Translations under genes and position numbers: made by a program
From: Amoebidium appalachense
Taxonomy: Eukaryota > Protista > Ichthyosporea
DNA length: 64,000 nt
Assembly (NCBI GenBank): GCA_963693365.1
Contig: CAVNZM010000008.1
Span: 6,954,830 to 7,018,829 of the forward strand
Reading direction: 5' to 3'
Shown: positions 12,539 to 26,500 of the stretch, piece by piece
How positions within the stretch are numbered: position 1 is the stretch's first letter
How the letters are laid out: the number at the start of each line of letters is the position of its first letter
Notes under the pieces: model-generated
Told to the model about the DNA's origin: nothing
Database searches by the model: none
The model's input: only the letters and a program-made list of their open reading frames with translations

Positions 12539-13738
12539 AGAGAGACTGTGTGTCTGTGTGTGTGTTTGTGTTTCTGTGTGTGGTGTGACCGTCGTGCATG
12601 TGTTTCTGTTTTTGTGGGTGCGTGTTTGCGTGTGTGTTTGTGTGTGTGTTTGTGTGTGCATTTTTTTTGGGTGTATGTGTGTGTTCGTGGGTGTGTGTGT
12701 GTTCGTGTGTGTGTGACAGATAAACGGGGTGAGACAGAGAGAGATAGAGAGATAGAGAGATAGAGAAGAAGAGAGAGAGAGAGGGAGAGAGAGAGAGAGA
12801 GAGACTGTGTGTGTGTGTGTGTGTGTGTGAGTGTGTGTATGTCTGTGTGTGTGTGCATGATGTGTGTGTTCATTCGGTGGGAGCCAGGGGAAGAAAAAAA
12901 GAGAAGGGGGGGGGGGGGGGGGGGGGGGGGAAGGCTGTCACCTTCTTCAGGTCGTGAAGGGCAGCGTTGTAGCCTGTGGCGTTTAACTTGTCGCTGTTGT
13001 TGAGCCGGCCGAAGATGCCGGAATCACGGTAGGAGGGGCAGAAGAGCACCTCCTTCACGATGTACATGCAGTAGGCATGTGTGGTCGTGAAAGAGGAAAC
13101 CTGGATGTGGGGAAAGGAGGATGAAAGTTAGTTAGGGTGTACAAGGAATCAACACGTTTTTGCTCTATCTCTTGAATGTTCCTAGTGGGAAGGGGGATGG
13201 GCGAGGAGGTGGGGGGGGGGGGGGGGGGGGGGGGGGGTGTAAATAAGGATCCGAGAGTATTATGGTGCAGTATGCTTGCCTAGAGAGAGGGTGCAATGTA
13301 CTGAACTGCTTAGACAACCAAGAGAAAAGCAAATACCTGGTCGGAAGCCGGGGCTATCTTCTTCACAATTTGTCGGAAGATGCTGTTCATGCCGGGGCGG
13401 CCTTGCTCGTCGACCCACCACTTCGGCCCAAGCACAAACTGCTCACCGTTGGCCTCGGCCACATACATGCTGGTTAGCCTGTTGAAGGCTTGCTTGCGCT
13501 CTTCAGTGCCGGCCCCATGTTCCTGTGTTTAACGTGGGGGGGGGGGGGGGGGGGGGGTAAGCAATATATATCAAGTGATTGGAAGTGATTGTTTCTATCA
13601 GGACACAATGGGAGAGTTAAAGGAGAGGGTTTGAAAAGAAGTTAGGAAGGAGAGGCTGAGGGAGGAAGCAAGTTAAAAGAGAGTATTTAAGGGGAAAGTA
13701 GGAGGGAGAAACTGAGGTGGGAAGTTTTTTTTATGTTT

Positions 13739-13769
<31 letters not shown>

Positions 13770-14814
13770 GGGAGTGGTAAAAAAACAAGTAAAAAGGAAT
13801 AGGACAGGGTTGAATGTTCATCATCGAAGTGCCTTTAGTGCAATTGAATACTCGTAAATACACAATGACGAACACATCTGAATAAACACTTTGTACATCA
13901 ACGAATGCAATGCACTGGTTAATGGTACTAACACATGCAATATAATGTTCAATGTACACTCGAACAACACCTGTGTAACATACGAACACTCATCAAGGAC
14001 ACCCAAGAACATACGAATAGTACATACATAGTGCTAAACAATGGAATCGTTTCAAGTTAGATTAAAAACAAATACCAAAGAGATGGTGGTGAATGGGGTA
14101 GTTAAATATAAAAACATATACCAAAGAGATGGTGGTGCGTGGGGTAGTGTGGGATAGTGTGGGGGGAGGGGGGGGGGGGGGGGGGGGGGGATGGGGATGG
14201 GGATGCATACACTGATGTCGTACTTCTCCTCCAGTTGCGGGTAAGCCACATTGCGTAGCTTCCACGCAAACTGGCCACGCCCGTGGCGTACAGCGTCACG
14301 GATCGGTCCCCGGTGGTACTTCTGGGCGATGAAGGCCTTGATCCCCTCGTCCTCACGGTCGCCCTCCTCGATGAGGCCCTTCTCCTCGGCGAGCAGCCAC
14401 ACAGCCTCGTCGAGGTCAAGGTCCGTGGCACAGTAGGTCATGCCAAAGACAATCCTGGTGACGTCTGATGTTGACGTCACCCTCCTGAGGTTGTGGTAGA
14501 GCTGGCATGTGTATGTGTGTATGAATCATGTGTTGTGCAGAGGGCCAGGGGGAAGGGGCAAAAGGGGGGGGGGGGGGGGTTAGTTATCCACAGTGATGGC
14601 ACAAGATTACGTCAAGGTGGAGGATCTCAATACATGTATTTGTGTTTTGATTCTCTTCGGGGAAAGATGGGGGAGGGGGGGGGGGGGGGGGGGGGGGGAG
14701 GGCGGGTGAAGGCGTGGGGTGGGGGGTGGGGGGAAGATAAGCCATGCACGGCATGATAAGCAGTCCAACTCAAAGGGCAGGCACTAATTTCAAAAATTAT
14801 TTGTATGTTTTTTT

Positions 14815-14861
<47 letters not shown>

Positions 14862-15928
14862 GAGAATGAGGTGAACGACGTGACATGGTACCAAATAGTA
14901 CACTACGAATAGCACATACATGGTAACAAAGGATGCAGCACGTTAGCCTCTTTTAAGTAAACATGGGCCCCGGGGGGGGAAGAGGGAGGGGGAGGGGGTA
15001 TAAGGAGAGCATGCAGGGGCAAAAAAGGGTGGGGGTGAGGGAGGGTCGGTGGGTGGGTGAGTGGGGGGGGGGGGGGGGGGGGAGAACATACCGTTGAGAC
15101 CTTGGAGGACATCTGGGCAACCACGATCTGCGGGATGGCCATCTCACTTTTCGAAGGTCGCTTGCGGTCAAATTCTTGAGCCGCCTTCTTGGGCTTAGAT
15201 GCCGGGCTTTCCTGCCCGGCAAGCTCAGGGAAGGCGGCCTTCCACCTGCCCTCGGCGAGTGTCCACAAGTCCTCGGTGGTAAGGCCGGGGTTGGCCTGTT
15301 GAATCCGGACAATCTCCTTGGTGATGAAGAGGTGCTTCTGCTGGCCTGGGGAAAAAAAAAAAGATTAGCAAGGGTGGTAATGAGAGAGGGACGGGGGGTG
15401 TTGTGCTGTCATGGGGGGGAGGGGGGGGGGGGGGGGGGAAGAGCAGAAACCAAGTCACTTACCAGGGGCAATAGCTGGCTTCTCGCCGCCCTGCTGAGGT
15501 GGAACCACCTCTTCCGCCTCACTCTCCGACTCCTCTGCCTCATCCGCCGAATAGTTCGAATCTCGATCGTCGTCTCCGTTTAGATCAGAACCAACACTGT
15601 CGTCTTCTTCCTGATCTTCGGATTCGGGCTCACTTTCGAAAAGATCATCGCCGTCGTCGCTGCTGCCCTCGATATCCTGACGTGCTTTCTTCTTACTTGC
15701 CCCAACACCACTACCCGCCTTGCGCTTGTTACTACCTTCCGCAAACGTAGCGGCCAGATCGAGATCGTCGTCGGGTTGCACCGTTTTGGTGGCTTTGCCA
15801 TTTTGTTTTACTGGAACTCTTGCTTTCGAGCCTTTGGAAGTGGCTTGAGTAGTAGCCTTATTCTTTGGGCCCCTGGGTGTTTGCCCCTTCCCGCCCCTAC
15901 CCCCTTTCTTAGTCGCACGCCCTGACAT
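12076..15928 (-). CDS. Spliced accessory gene: basic N-terminus, acidic tract, HMG/YABBY-box-like segment, unknown domain, Ala/Lys/Glu coil
   Basis: Exons 15928-15463, 15345-15092, 14484-14211, 13522-13337, 13100-12942 and 12267-12076, with GT..AG boundaries. A phase mismatch between exons 2 and 3 implies an unresolved micro-exon or a lesion. Exon 2 reads HLFITKEIVRIQQANPGLTTEDLWTLAEGRWK. Confidence 0.7.
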
Positions 15929-17047
15929 ACTACGTGATTCTCAGCTAATGGGAGTGAACTGATGTTTTGTTTTTGGGCCAACGAAAGTGGACCTGTTTTT
16001 GCCGAAGGTTCTAGTGACTCAACGTACAACTACTATTGCGAACCAAGGATGGGTTTGGTATTAAAAGGTTGGGGTCTGTGCAGGGTCTGTGCAAGTGACT
16101 TGCACACGTGCTGTATTTATGAACACCCATGGTGTGCTATTGTATAGTCACAGAATGCTACGCCGGTGTCCTGCACTCTACCACAACAAAACGCTGACTG
16201 GTTCGTTGCTCGTCTCTCTCAGTTCAAAATGCCAGGAAGATTGGATCGTCGCACCAATGCAGAGCGCAGCAAATTCTCAACGGGCCAGCGGCATATAAGA
16301 GCGACACATAGCTTAAAAAAACGTTAACAAACTATAACAATAAAATTAGTCGAAAATTATACAGATATAATATTAAAGTTGATTCTGAACCTGTATATAA
16401 TGTATTTTGCTGATTAGTATACTTCTCTCTTAGGCGCGATGCACACGACGCCAGGATCTCGGTCTGCCCCCCTCGAATTGTCCATCTTCTAATGCGCAAA
16501 ACATGTGGTAACAAAATGTCGTAGTATTACACGAGCAATCGCACAGCAAAATAACAAAAAGATAAAAGCCTTTGGCAAAAGAAAATTAATGTTTGATAGC
16601 TAAGTTCATGATCTTTGTAAACATTGGACAGGAATTCTTTTCAGAGCGACTGAGTCCCAAGCCCGACCATAACCCCGTTTTTACGGTAAAAAATACCCAA
16701 AAGTTTTCAAAAATACCATCCAAATTTCAGTTTATGGTAAGCCCCCGCAAGTTTCATGGTAAGTTACAGTAGGACCCCTCCTTTATCCTCCATTGACTTG
16801 GGAAGAAAAATACCATACCCCCCGGGCGAAAATACACCGGGGCTTGAAAAAATACCGAGAAAAAAGGTCTGAATTTTCGGGCTTGAGCGACTCCTCGATT
16901 TCCTTCGTTCATTCTGCCCCCCTCCTGAGCAATGAGCTCTCCACCAGTCATTTGTCTCCCGGGCAAGCTAGTCATGTAGAAACTAATTCACTACATTATT
17001 TAATAAGTACATATATTTATATACATTTGTAAAAATATATATACTTG

Positions 17048-17049
<2 letters not shown>

Positions 17050-17108
<59 letters not shown>
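17050..17108. repeat. (TA)n microsatellite in the divergent intergenic region
   Basis: Direct inspection. Confidence 0.95.
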
Positions 17109-17113
<5 letters not shown>

Positions 17114-17852
17114 ATGATATAAACCTGTTGTATTCCCGTAAAGTTTCTTTCATGCCCACTTGCATTTGCTTGGGCAGTCATGATACAGTAGAGTACCGTC
17201 GGATACGAGGTAAACGGTGTCATGTGCGTGCTAATACGCATTTTAATCGTTACCTAACAGCTTGAATCTTTTTGCAATTGTTTTTTTTTTGCGCTCTATA
17301 GCACTGTTTTTTAGGCTAACTAATTTTTACTGTTGATCCATTTAGTTGACTTCGCTCTACTTCCAAGCCAATGAGCAATCACGCCTGAACAATGTTTTAG
17401 ACCAATGAAATCTTTGCGTGATCAGGCTACAGCACCGTGGCATTGCGAATGCCGAACAACTACATAGGCTATGTACAGTGCACTGTACATGCATGCGCCA
17501 TGCGCCAGTATTATATTTACATTATAATTGCCTGAATGTATTGCATTTTAATTGGAAATGTTTTTTTATAAATGATTTTTTTGGTTAAGTTAGTTTAATA
17601 AGACTTAAACAGTGGAGAAAACAAAAAAAGGGGGGGGGGGGGGGGGGGGGGGGGGGATCCGGCCGGGATGGCCGGCCGTGTACATGCTGCGATATCATGC
17701 ATGATCGGTCATGATCATGATATATACTATCACGTCTACAATAGTATGAAGATATGTGCTTGTGTACGTAGACCATCGGATAAAATTATTATGCCGTATA
17801 TTGTGGTTTATGTGGTAATGGTCAGGGGCACCATTAGGAGGGTGGAAGTGCG

Positions 17853-17890
<38 letters not shown>

Positions 17891-18313
17891 ACAGTGTATG
17901 TGGGCCGCGTGGGGGAGGGAGGGCCGGCTGCGCGCGAGGCCGTCATGTATACACGTGTATACGTACATGCGAGTTTAACACGCCAACGTGTGCACATGTG
18001 TACCGGGTATCCAACAATACGATTCGGGTATTCGAGTTACCTATTGAATGCCCGTTAGCGCCAGCACTGAACGCGTCTGTTCAGTCATTGAACATTATGC
18101 ATGTTTTTCGTTGTGGTTTGTCTGGTTTGTTTACATTGCCTTTTTTGGTAGAGAGGCGGCCGTATGGTGCGTGTATAGCCAATGAACAACCAGAGCTATG
18201 CCGCGTAGACGGTGGGGCGTTCTGAGTAACGGCACGGGCGATTCACAATGATCCTTAATTTTTAGAAGAATCACGAGGGAAAAGCGGTGTGTCCCGTTAT
18301 AAATTTATACACA

Positions 18314-19169
18314 ATGGCGTCCCCTTTTAATGATTATCAGTGCCCCGTTTGCCAGCGGTCATCGTTCACGAGGAAACTGAACTTCTTGCAGCATGTACGT
18401 GCGTGCGAGCAGGCCCAGCAGGCCCGGCTGGGTGAAAGGCACAAGGCGAAGAGAGGACCCCATTCCAACAGTGTGTTTTCAAACAACAACGACAGGGCAG
18501 AACACAATCATGATCATCTCGATCTAAACAACGAATATGGTTCGGACAATCTTGTGGATGACGCCGAGGGGGTCGACAGGGAGCAGGGCTGTGCAGAGCC
18601 CCAAAACCCCCCTCCAAACGAACCACCAAAGAGAAGAATATTTGAACACCCGGGTACCCTCGAGTCGGGGTTTGGGATGATGGGGGATGAGGAGGATATA
18701 AGGTTCGGTCGGCGGTTGCCTGAGTTTATAGCCAAACGGAAAGAGGATGCTACATATCCGTTCCCCACCTACTTTGACGTAAGTGAAAAAAATGGTGCTT
18801 GTGTGTGCGTGAACAGGTGTGTGTTGGTGTGTGTGGATGGGAGTATCAGTAACCGTGTGTCTGTGTTTGTTTGTGCTTGTGTGTGTCTGTGTGTACGTGC
18901 ATGTGCATGTGTGTGTATCATGTGCACGTGCGTGCACCGTACATCCGTGTGTGTCATCTAACAACATGCCTACCCAACCCTGCAGGAAGATGTGGCACGA
19001 TTCACAACGGAGAGCCAACTGTCTACAGCAGACACAGACCGGCTATTAAAATTGCTAAGGAAACACATTAGTGGCGAGGTACTGAAGACCAAGACGGCTA
19101 AATCCATGAAAAAGGCCATTCAGAAGATTCCTGCTCCTGTATGCAACCCCCCCCCCCCCCCCCCAAAAA

Positions 19170-19226
<57 letters not shown>

Positions 19227-20583
19227 GGGAAAAAAGAAAATACATACAAATGGGTCCCTATTCGTGTACGCGTTTATTCGTGAGTGTTCGGGCCAGTGTA
19301 CCAATGTGCATTCCCATATACCGGCGCGCTGTACAGGAATACCATGATTGTATATTTAGACAGCTGAACACCCTGACCTGGATATGGGGGACTACCGTTG
19401 AATACAATCGTATAGTTACAGGTGCTAGTGAATAGGGTTGGTCAGGGGTCATAGATGTAGGTTACTGCCCGGTGTGGGCCACTAAGCTTCCGAGCGTTTG
19501 GTCCTAACCCCCCCCCCCCCCCCCCCCCTCCCTGCGGCACACCGGCACCCGCAGGAGTGGACAGTTCGCACGCTGAAACTGGGTAAAAAATACGAAGATA
19601 AGGGGGCCCAGCCCATTCAATTCAGAATGCGCAACATCCGACACTGCATTCAGAGTCTTCTGCTCAACCCAAACGCTAAGGGAAATATGGACTTCACGTC
19701 CACCTATCCCCACACCGAAAATGGTGATAGGATCTATGGCGAGCACAGTTCTAGTGACTGGTTTCACCGCATAGAGGTATAGTGCCATATGTGTATGTGT
19801 ATGTGTACGTGTTTGTGTCTCAAGGTGTGTGTGTGTGATGTGTCTGCAGTTTGAGTGCAGTGTCAGGGTAAAAGTGTGTGTCACGTGTGTGTGTGTGTTA
19901 CTGTGCGAGTGTGTGAATATGGGTGTGTTTGTGTGTGTCTGTCACCACGGTGTGATGATGATGATGTGTGTGTGTGTTAGCGTGTGTGTGCATGTGTGTG
20001 TGTGCATGGGTGTGTGTGCATGGGTGTGCATGTACACCTCTAAATTATGTGTTGTGGTGTGTGCTTATTTATCATCTCACCTTTGAACTGCAGGAGGACA
20101 TCGACGTAGGAGGTGTGCTCCTGTCCCTGATCCTCTACTCAGACCAGACAAAGCTCACCGTGTTCGGCAACACAACTTGCTATCCTGTGTACCTGTCAAT
20201 CGGCAACATCCACCGCAGGACGAGGAGCCAAGACTGGGCCAGGTGGGTTTCACATGCACGCGAGCACTGCACTTATGATGTATTTCACACCAGGATAGAG
20301 CCGGCTAACACTGAATAATCTTGTACAGGGTGGCAATTGCGTACATCCCAAAGCCGACCTTTTCCAAGGAGGTCAGCGACGCGACGGTGACTTCAGCCAA
20401 TCTTCGGGTGTTTCAGGTTGTTCTTAATGAGGTGGTCGGCAAATCTCTCCGTCAACTAGCCAGGCTGGGTGGTATGTGGGCGTACCATGCTGACGGCATG
20501 TGGAGGTGCTACCATCCTCGAGTGTCATATTACATCACGGACTGGCCCGAAGGCCGTAAGGTGTGCTGCATGAAACAGTATGT

Positions 20584-20619
<36 letters not shown>

Positions 20620-22204
20620 CACACACAAACATGTGCATTGGTGTCTTTTTGATTTATTACCTGCAGGTGGTGCTGGGTCGGCCGATCCAGTGTTCATTTA
20701 ATGTACGAATGTATTCCTGAATGTCCAAACACGGTGATCATTAGCATTATAAAATACCCAGCAGGTGTTCGTACCTATTACATGAGTACACTAGGACACG
20801 TGAACACTCTGATCTAGACACAGGGTAATACCATTGAATACACTCGTATAGTTGATGGCAATTTCGAAGGGTTGAACCCCCCTCCCCCCCCCCCCCCCCC
20901 CCCCCCAGTGCAACTAAGGACTTCCCGTACATAGTGCACCGTTCCCCCCACCAGCATACACGACCACAACCCTTCCACGGCTTAGGGGGGCTTGCACCCA
21001 CTGTTTAGGCATGCAGCGAAATATCGCGCAAACAATTTTACACCGCAAAGACCCCCCCCGTTCATCCCCCCCAGTGCATCTGTGGTCTTCCCGTGCATGG
21101 TATACGTGTTGCATGCTGGTGGGGGGCATGGTGCACTACACGTATACCATGCACGGGAAAGCAACAGATGCACTGGGGGGGATGGACGGGGGGGTCTTTG
21201 CGGTGTAAAATTGTTTGCGCGATAATTCGCTGCATGCCAAAACAGTGGGTGCAAGCCCCCCTAAGCCGTAGGAAGGTTGTGATCGTGCATGCTGGTGGGG
21301 GGCATGGTGCACTACACATATACCATGCACGGGAAGTCCACAGTTGCACTGGGGGGGGTGGACGGGGGGGGTCTTTGCGGTGTAAAATTGTTTGCGCGAC
21401 ATGTCGCTGCTTGCCAAAACAGTGGGTGCAAGCCCCCCTAAGCCGTAGGAAGGTTGTGGTCGTGCATGCTGGTGGGGGGCATGGTGCACTACACGTATAC
21501 CATGCACGGAAAAGCAACAGATGCACTGGGGGGGATGGACGGGGGGGGTCTTTGCGGTGTAAAATTGTTTGCGCGATAATTCGCTGCATGCCAAAACAGT
21601 GGGTGCAAGCCCCCCTAAGCCGTAGGAAGGTTGTGATCGTGCATGCTGGTGGGGGGCATGGTGCACTACACATATACCATGCACGGGAAGTCCACAGTTG
21701 CACTGGGGGGGGTGGACGGGGGGGGTCTTTGCGGTGTAAAATTGTTTGCGCGACATGTCGCTGCTTGCCAAAACAGTGGGTGCAAGCCCCCCTAAGCCGT
21801 AGGAAGGTTGTGGTCGTGCATGCTGGTGGGGGGCATGGTGCACTACACGTATACCATGCAAGGGAAAGCAACAGATGCACTGGGGGGGATGGACGGGGGG
21901 GTCTTTGCAGTGTAAAATTGTTTGCGCGATAATTTGCTGCATGCCAAAACAGTGGGTGTAAGCCCCCCTAAGCCGTAGGAAGGTTGTGGTCGTGCATGCT
22001 GGTGGGGGGCATGGTGCACTACACGTATACCATGCACGGGAAAGCAACAGATGCACTGGGGGGGATGGACGGGGGGGTCTTTGTGGTGTAAAATTGTTTA
22101 CGCGACATGTCGCTGCATGCCAAAACAGTGGGTGTAAGCCCCCCTAAGCCGTGGGGAACGGTGCACTACATGTGTACCATGCACGGGAAGACCTTAGTTG
22201 CACT

Positions 22205-22239
<35 letters not shown>

Positions 22240-22951
22240 GGGGGGTTCAACCCTTCGAAATTGCCATCAACTATACGAGTGTATTCAATGGTATTACCCT
22301 ATGCCTAGATCAGAGTGTTCAAGTGTCCTAGTGTACTAATGTAATAGGTACGAACACCTATTTGGTATTTTATAATGCTAATGAGCACTATATTTGGACA
22401 TTCAGGAATACATTCGTACATTTTGTGAACACTTTTTCGCCCGACCCGAGCACCACAGTGAGTGCTACGGGGGGGTTGGTTGGGAGGGGAGGGGGGGAGG
22501 GCGGGGGGGGGGGGGGGGGGGGGGGGGGGGGAGGGGGAACGTACAACTCGTACTGCTTGGTAAGCTGATCCAGGGACTCGTGTAGTGCACCATGCCCCCC
22601 ACCAGCATGCATCATTAAAGCCTTTCCACGAGCCTTTCCACCAGCATGCACGACCACAGCCACAGCCTTCCCCGGTATGATGCCTTTTCTGATACCCCCC
22701 CCCCCCCCCCCCCCCCCCCCTTCCCCCACAAACAAACAAACACCTAGGGGGGCCACGCGATTCCCGTGCCACTACTGCTGGGTCAAATGGAATCGTATAT
22801 GCAAGACTGGGAAAGAGACTGCTCCTTTACGCACAGAGGCACAACACAACAAGATCTATGCCAAGGCCGATAAATTACGGGCTGATAAGAAGAGTGGGAA
22901 AGTTACTCAATTGTTAAAAAACTCGTCCATGCATGACACGGAGGTACCCTT

Positions 22952-22999
<48 letters not shown>

Positions 23000-23127
23000 A
23001 TAGCTAACGCTTGACACCGGAGAGTACCATAGAATACACTAGTAGTAGGGAATGTCAGTGTTTCGAATGATCGTGGTAGATAAGTTTATGTCTCGGTGTA
23101 GGCCAACAGAATCCAACCATGCAAACC

Positions 23128-23158
<31 letters not shown>

Positions 23159-23480
23159 TTCCTACCAGAACCTCATGAGCAGGGTTCCCGGCTTCATGTA
23201 CCTGAAGGGGGTCATACCTGAGCGAATGCACCAGGCGGAGAGTGGTGTGTTCATGCGCATTCTCGAGTGCTACGTCAAACTAGTGGAGCTGACGTGCCAG
23301 CGGGTATATGCCGACAACCCTCGGCAGGCCAAGATGGAGGAGACAAAGCTGCTTCAGGAGCTTGACCGTCGCTGGAAAGCATTGCCGCCCTTTCCGTACC
23401 TTCGGAAAATGGCGCAAGGAGTTACCAACCTAGCCTTTCTGAAGGCGAACGAATACAGGGATATGATGAAGGAAAGTCTC

Positions 23481-23516
<36 letters not shown>

Positions 23517-23845
23517 ACCCCCCACCAGTCTCCCCCAGGAAAAACACACACCCATACAAAGGTTACCAGCTGAGTGTAGTACTTGCACTCCTAGACCCCT
23601 AGCACTAGCACACCATGGCTGCTTGACAATGCAAGTTATAAAGATAATCTATTAACTCGATCCCATCGTCAACATTACAGACGGTAATATTTGTCTTCAA
23701 GGATCTCCTGCCGTGTGATGTGACCAATAAGAAGGTGGAGCTGACAGTGGTCGCATATCTGGATTGGTACGCCCAGCTCTGCGCTGAGAGTTTCACCGAC
23801 GAGTCCCTGGATCAGCTTACCAAGCAGTACGAGTTGTACGTTCCG

Positions 23846-23893
<48 letters not shown>

Positions 23894-25729
23894 CCCCTCC
23901 CCTCCCAACCAACCCCCCCGTAGCACTCACTGTGGTGCTCGGGTTGGGCGAAAAAGTGTCCACAAAATGTACGAATGTATTCCTGAATGTCCAAATATAG
24001 TGCTCATTAGCATTATAAAATACCAAATAGATGTTCGTACCTATTACATTAGTACACTAGGACACTTGAACACTCTGATCTAGGCACAGGGTAATACCAT
24101 TGAATACACTCGTATAGTTGATGGCAATTTCGAAGGGTTGAACCCCCCTCCCCCCCCCCCCCCCCCCCCCCCCCCCACCCCCCCCAGTGCAACTAAGGTC
24201 TTCCCGTGCATGGTACACATGTAGTGCACCGTTCCCCACGGCTTAGGGGGGCTTACACCCACTGTTTTGGCATGCAGCGACATGTCGCGTAAACAATTTT
24301 ACACCACAAAGACCCCCCCCGTCCATCCCCCCCAGTGCATCTGTTGCTTTCCCGTGCATGGTATACGTGTAGTGCACCATGCCCCCCACCAGCATGCACG
24401 ACCACAACCTTCCTACGGCTTAGGGGGGCTTGCACCCACTGTTTTGGCATGCAGCAAATTATCGCGCAAACAATTTTACACTGCAAAGACCCCCCCCGTC
24501 CATCCCCCCCAGTGCATCTGTTGCTTTCCCGTGCATGGTATACGTGTAGTGCACCATGCCCCCCACCAGCATGCACGACCACAACCTTCCTACGGCTTAG
24601 GGGGGCTTGCACCCACTGTTTTGGCATGCAGCGAATTATCGCGCAAACAATTTTACACCGCAAAGACCCCCCCCGTCCATCCCCCCCAGTGCATCTGTTG
24701 CTTTCCCGTGCATGGTATACGTGTAGTGCACCATGCCCCCCACCAGCATGCACGACCACAACCTTCCTACGGCTTAGGGGGGCTTACACCCACTGTTTTG
24801 GCATGCAGCGACATGTCGCGTAAACAATTTTACACCGCAAAGACCCCCCCCGTCCACCCCCCCCAGTGCAACTGTGGACTTCCCGTGCATGGTATATGTG
24901 TAGTGCACCATGCCCCCCACCAGCATGCACGACCACAACCTTCCTACGGCTTAGGGGGGCTTGCACCCACTGTTTTGGCATGCAGCGAATTATCGCGCAA
25001 ACAATTTAACACTGCAAAGACCCCCCCCGTCCATCCCCCCCAGTGCATCTGTTGCTTTCCCGTGCATGGTATACGTGTAGTGCACCATGCCCCCCACCAG
25101 CATGCACGACCACAACCTTCCTACGGCTTAGGGGGGCTTGCACCCACTGTTTTGGCATGCAGCGAATTATCGCGCAAACAATTTTACACCGCAAAGACCC
25201 CCCCCGTCCATCCCCCCCAGTGCATCTGTTGCTTTCCCGTGCATGGTATACGTGTAGTGCACCATGCCCCCCACCAGCATGCACGACCACAACCTTCCTA
25301 CGGCTTAGGGGGGCTTACACCCACTGTTTTGGCATGCAGCGAATTATCGCGCAAACAATTTTACACCGCAAAGACCCCCCCCCCCCCCCCCCCCCCCCCC
25401 CCCATTGCATCTGTTGCTTTCCCGTGCATGGCACACGTGTAATGCACCATGCCCCCCACCAGCATGCAGTGAGTGAGCATGCAGTGACTATTAGTGCAAA
25501 TCAATCTGCATACAGGTTCTGTGACCGCATGGAAAAGACCTTCAAGGGCTGCAACCCATCAGAGATGAACTTCATAAAGTTCCACGTCGGCAAGCACTAC
25601 TCCTTGGCCACAAAGGAGTTTGGGGCATTCGAGTCAGCTGAGGGTGGAGAGCGCCACCACAAGCTGTCGAAGGTGGCATACAAGTCCACTAACAAGAACA
25701 CCATCACCTTTGAAAGCCAGGTAAATCAG

Positions 25730-25760
<31 letters not shown>

Positions 25761-26463
25761 CTCCCCCACCTCATCTGCCTGCTACCCTATGGATCACACC
25801 CTTCGTTTCTCACGTATTCACTAACTCTCCCCCTTCCTCTCTCCCTCCCCCCTCCCCCCCCCCCCCCCCCCACAACCCCCCCCCCCACCCCTTCCCCCAA
25901 CACTCACCCTCCCCCCTTGCCCCCTCAACACACACACACCTTCGTACACACACAACAGATGGTGGAGAACATCAGAAGATACGAGGCTATGGCATTCCTC
26001 TCCAGCCTGGCTGACAGTAACCTCTTGGACAGAGGTGAGGTGGAGGACCCTAGTGGTGTTGTGGAGGACCCACTGGCTGTTGCAGCACAAGAAGAGGCCA
26101 TTGCAGAGAAGCTTGGGGAGGATTTCATCCTGATCGGTGCAGTCCCCCCTTACCCAGTTAACCATAAAGAATATCCCCCCCCCCCCCCCAACACACACAC
26201 ACAGAGACATGTGCATCGGTGGTCTTTTTTGATTTATTACCTCCACGTGGTGCTGGGTCGGACGACCAACTGTCCAATCGATGTACGAATGTATTCGTGG
26301 GTGTTCCAATTGGGTGTTAACGTATCATCCTCGTTTACCAACAAGGTGTTCGTACCCATTACATTAGTATCCTAGGACACGTGAACACTCTGATCTAGGC
26401 ACAGGGTAATACCATTGAATACACTCGTATAGTTGATGGCAATTTCGAAGGGTTGAACCCCCC

Positions 26464-26500
<37 letters not shown>

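Noticed and set aside
21062-25442. Long ORFs of 270-390 aa with 59-aa repeats
   Set aside because: These are by-products of a 177-bp (multiple of 3) intronic array that is open in several frames on both strands.
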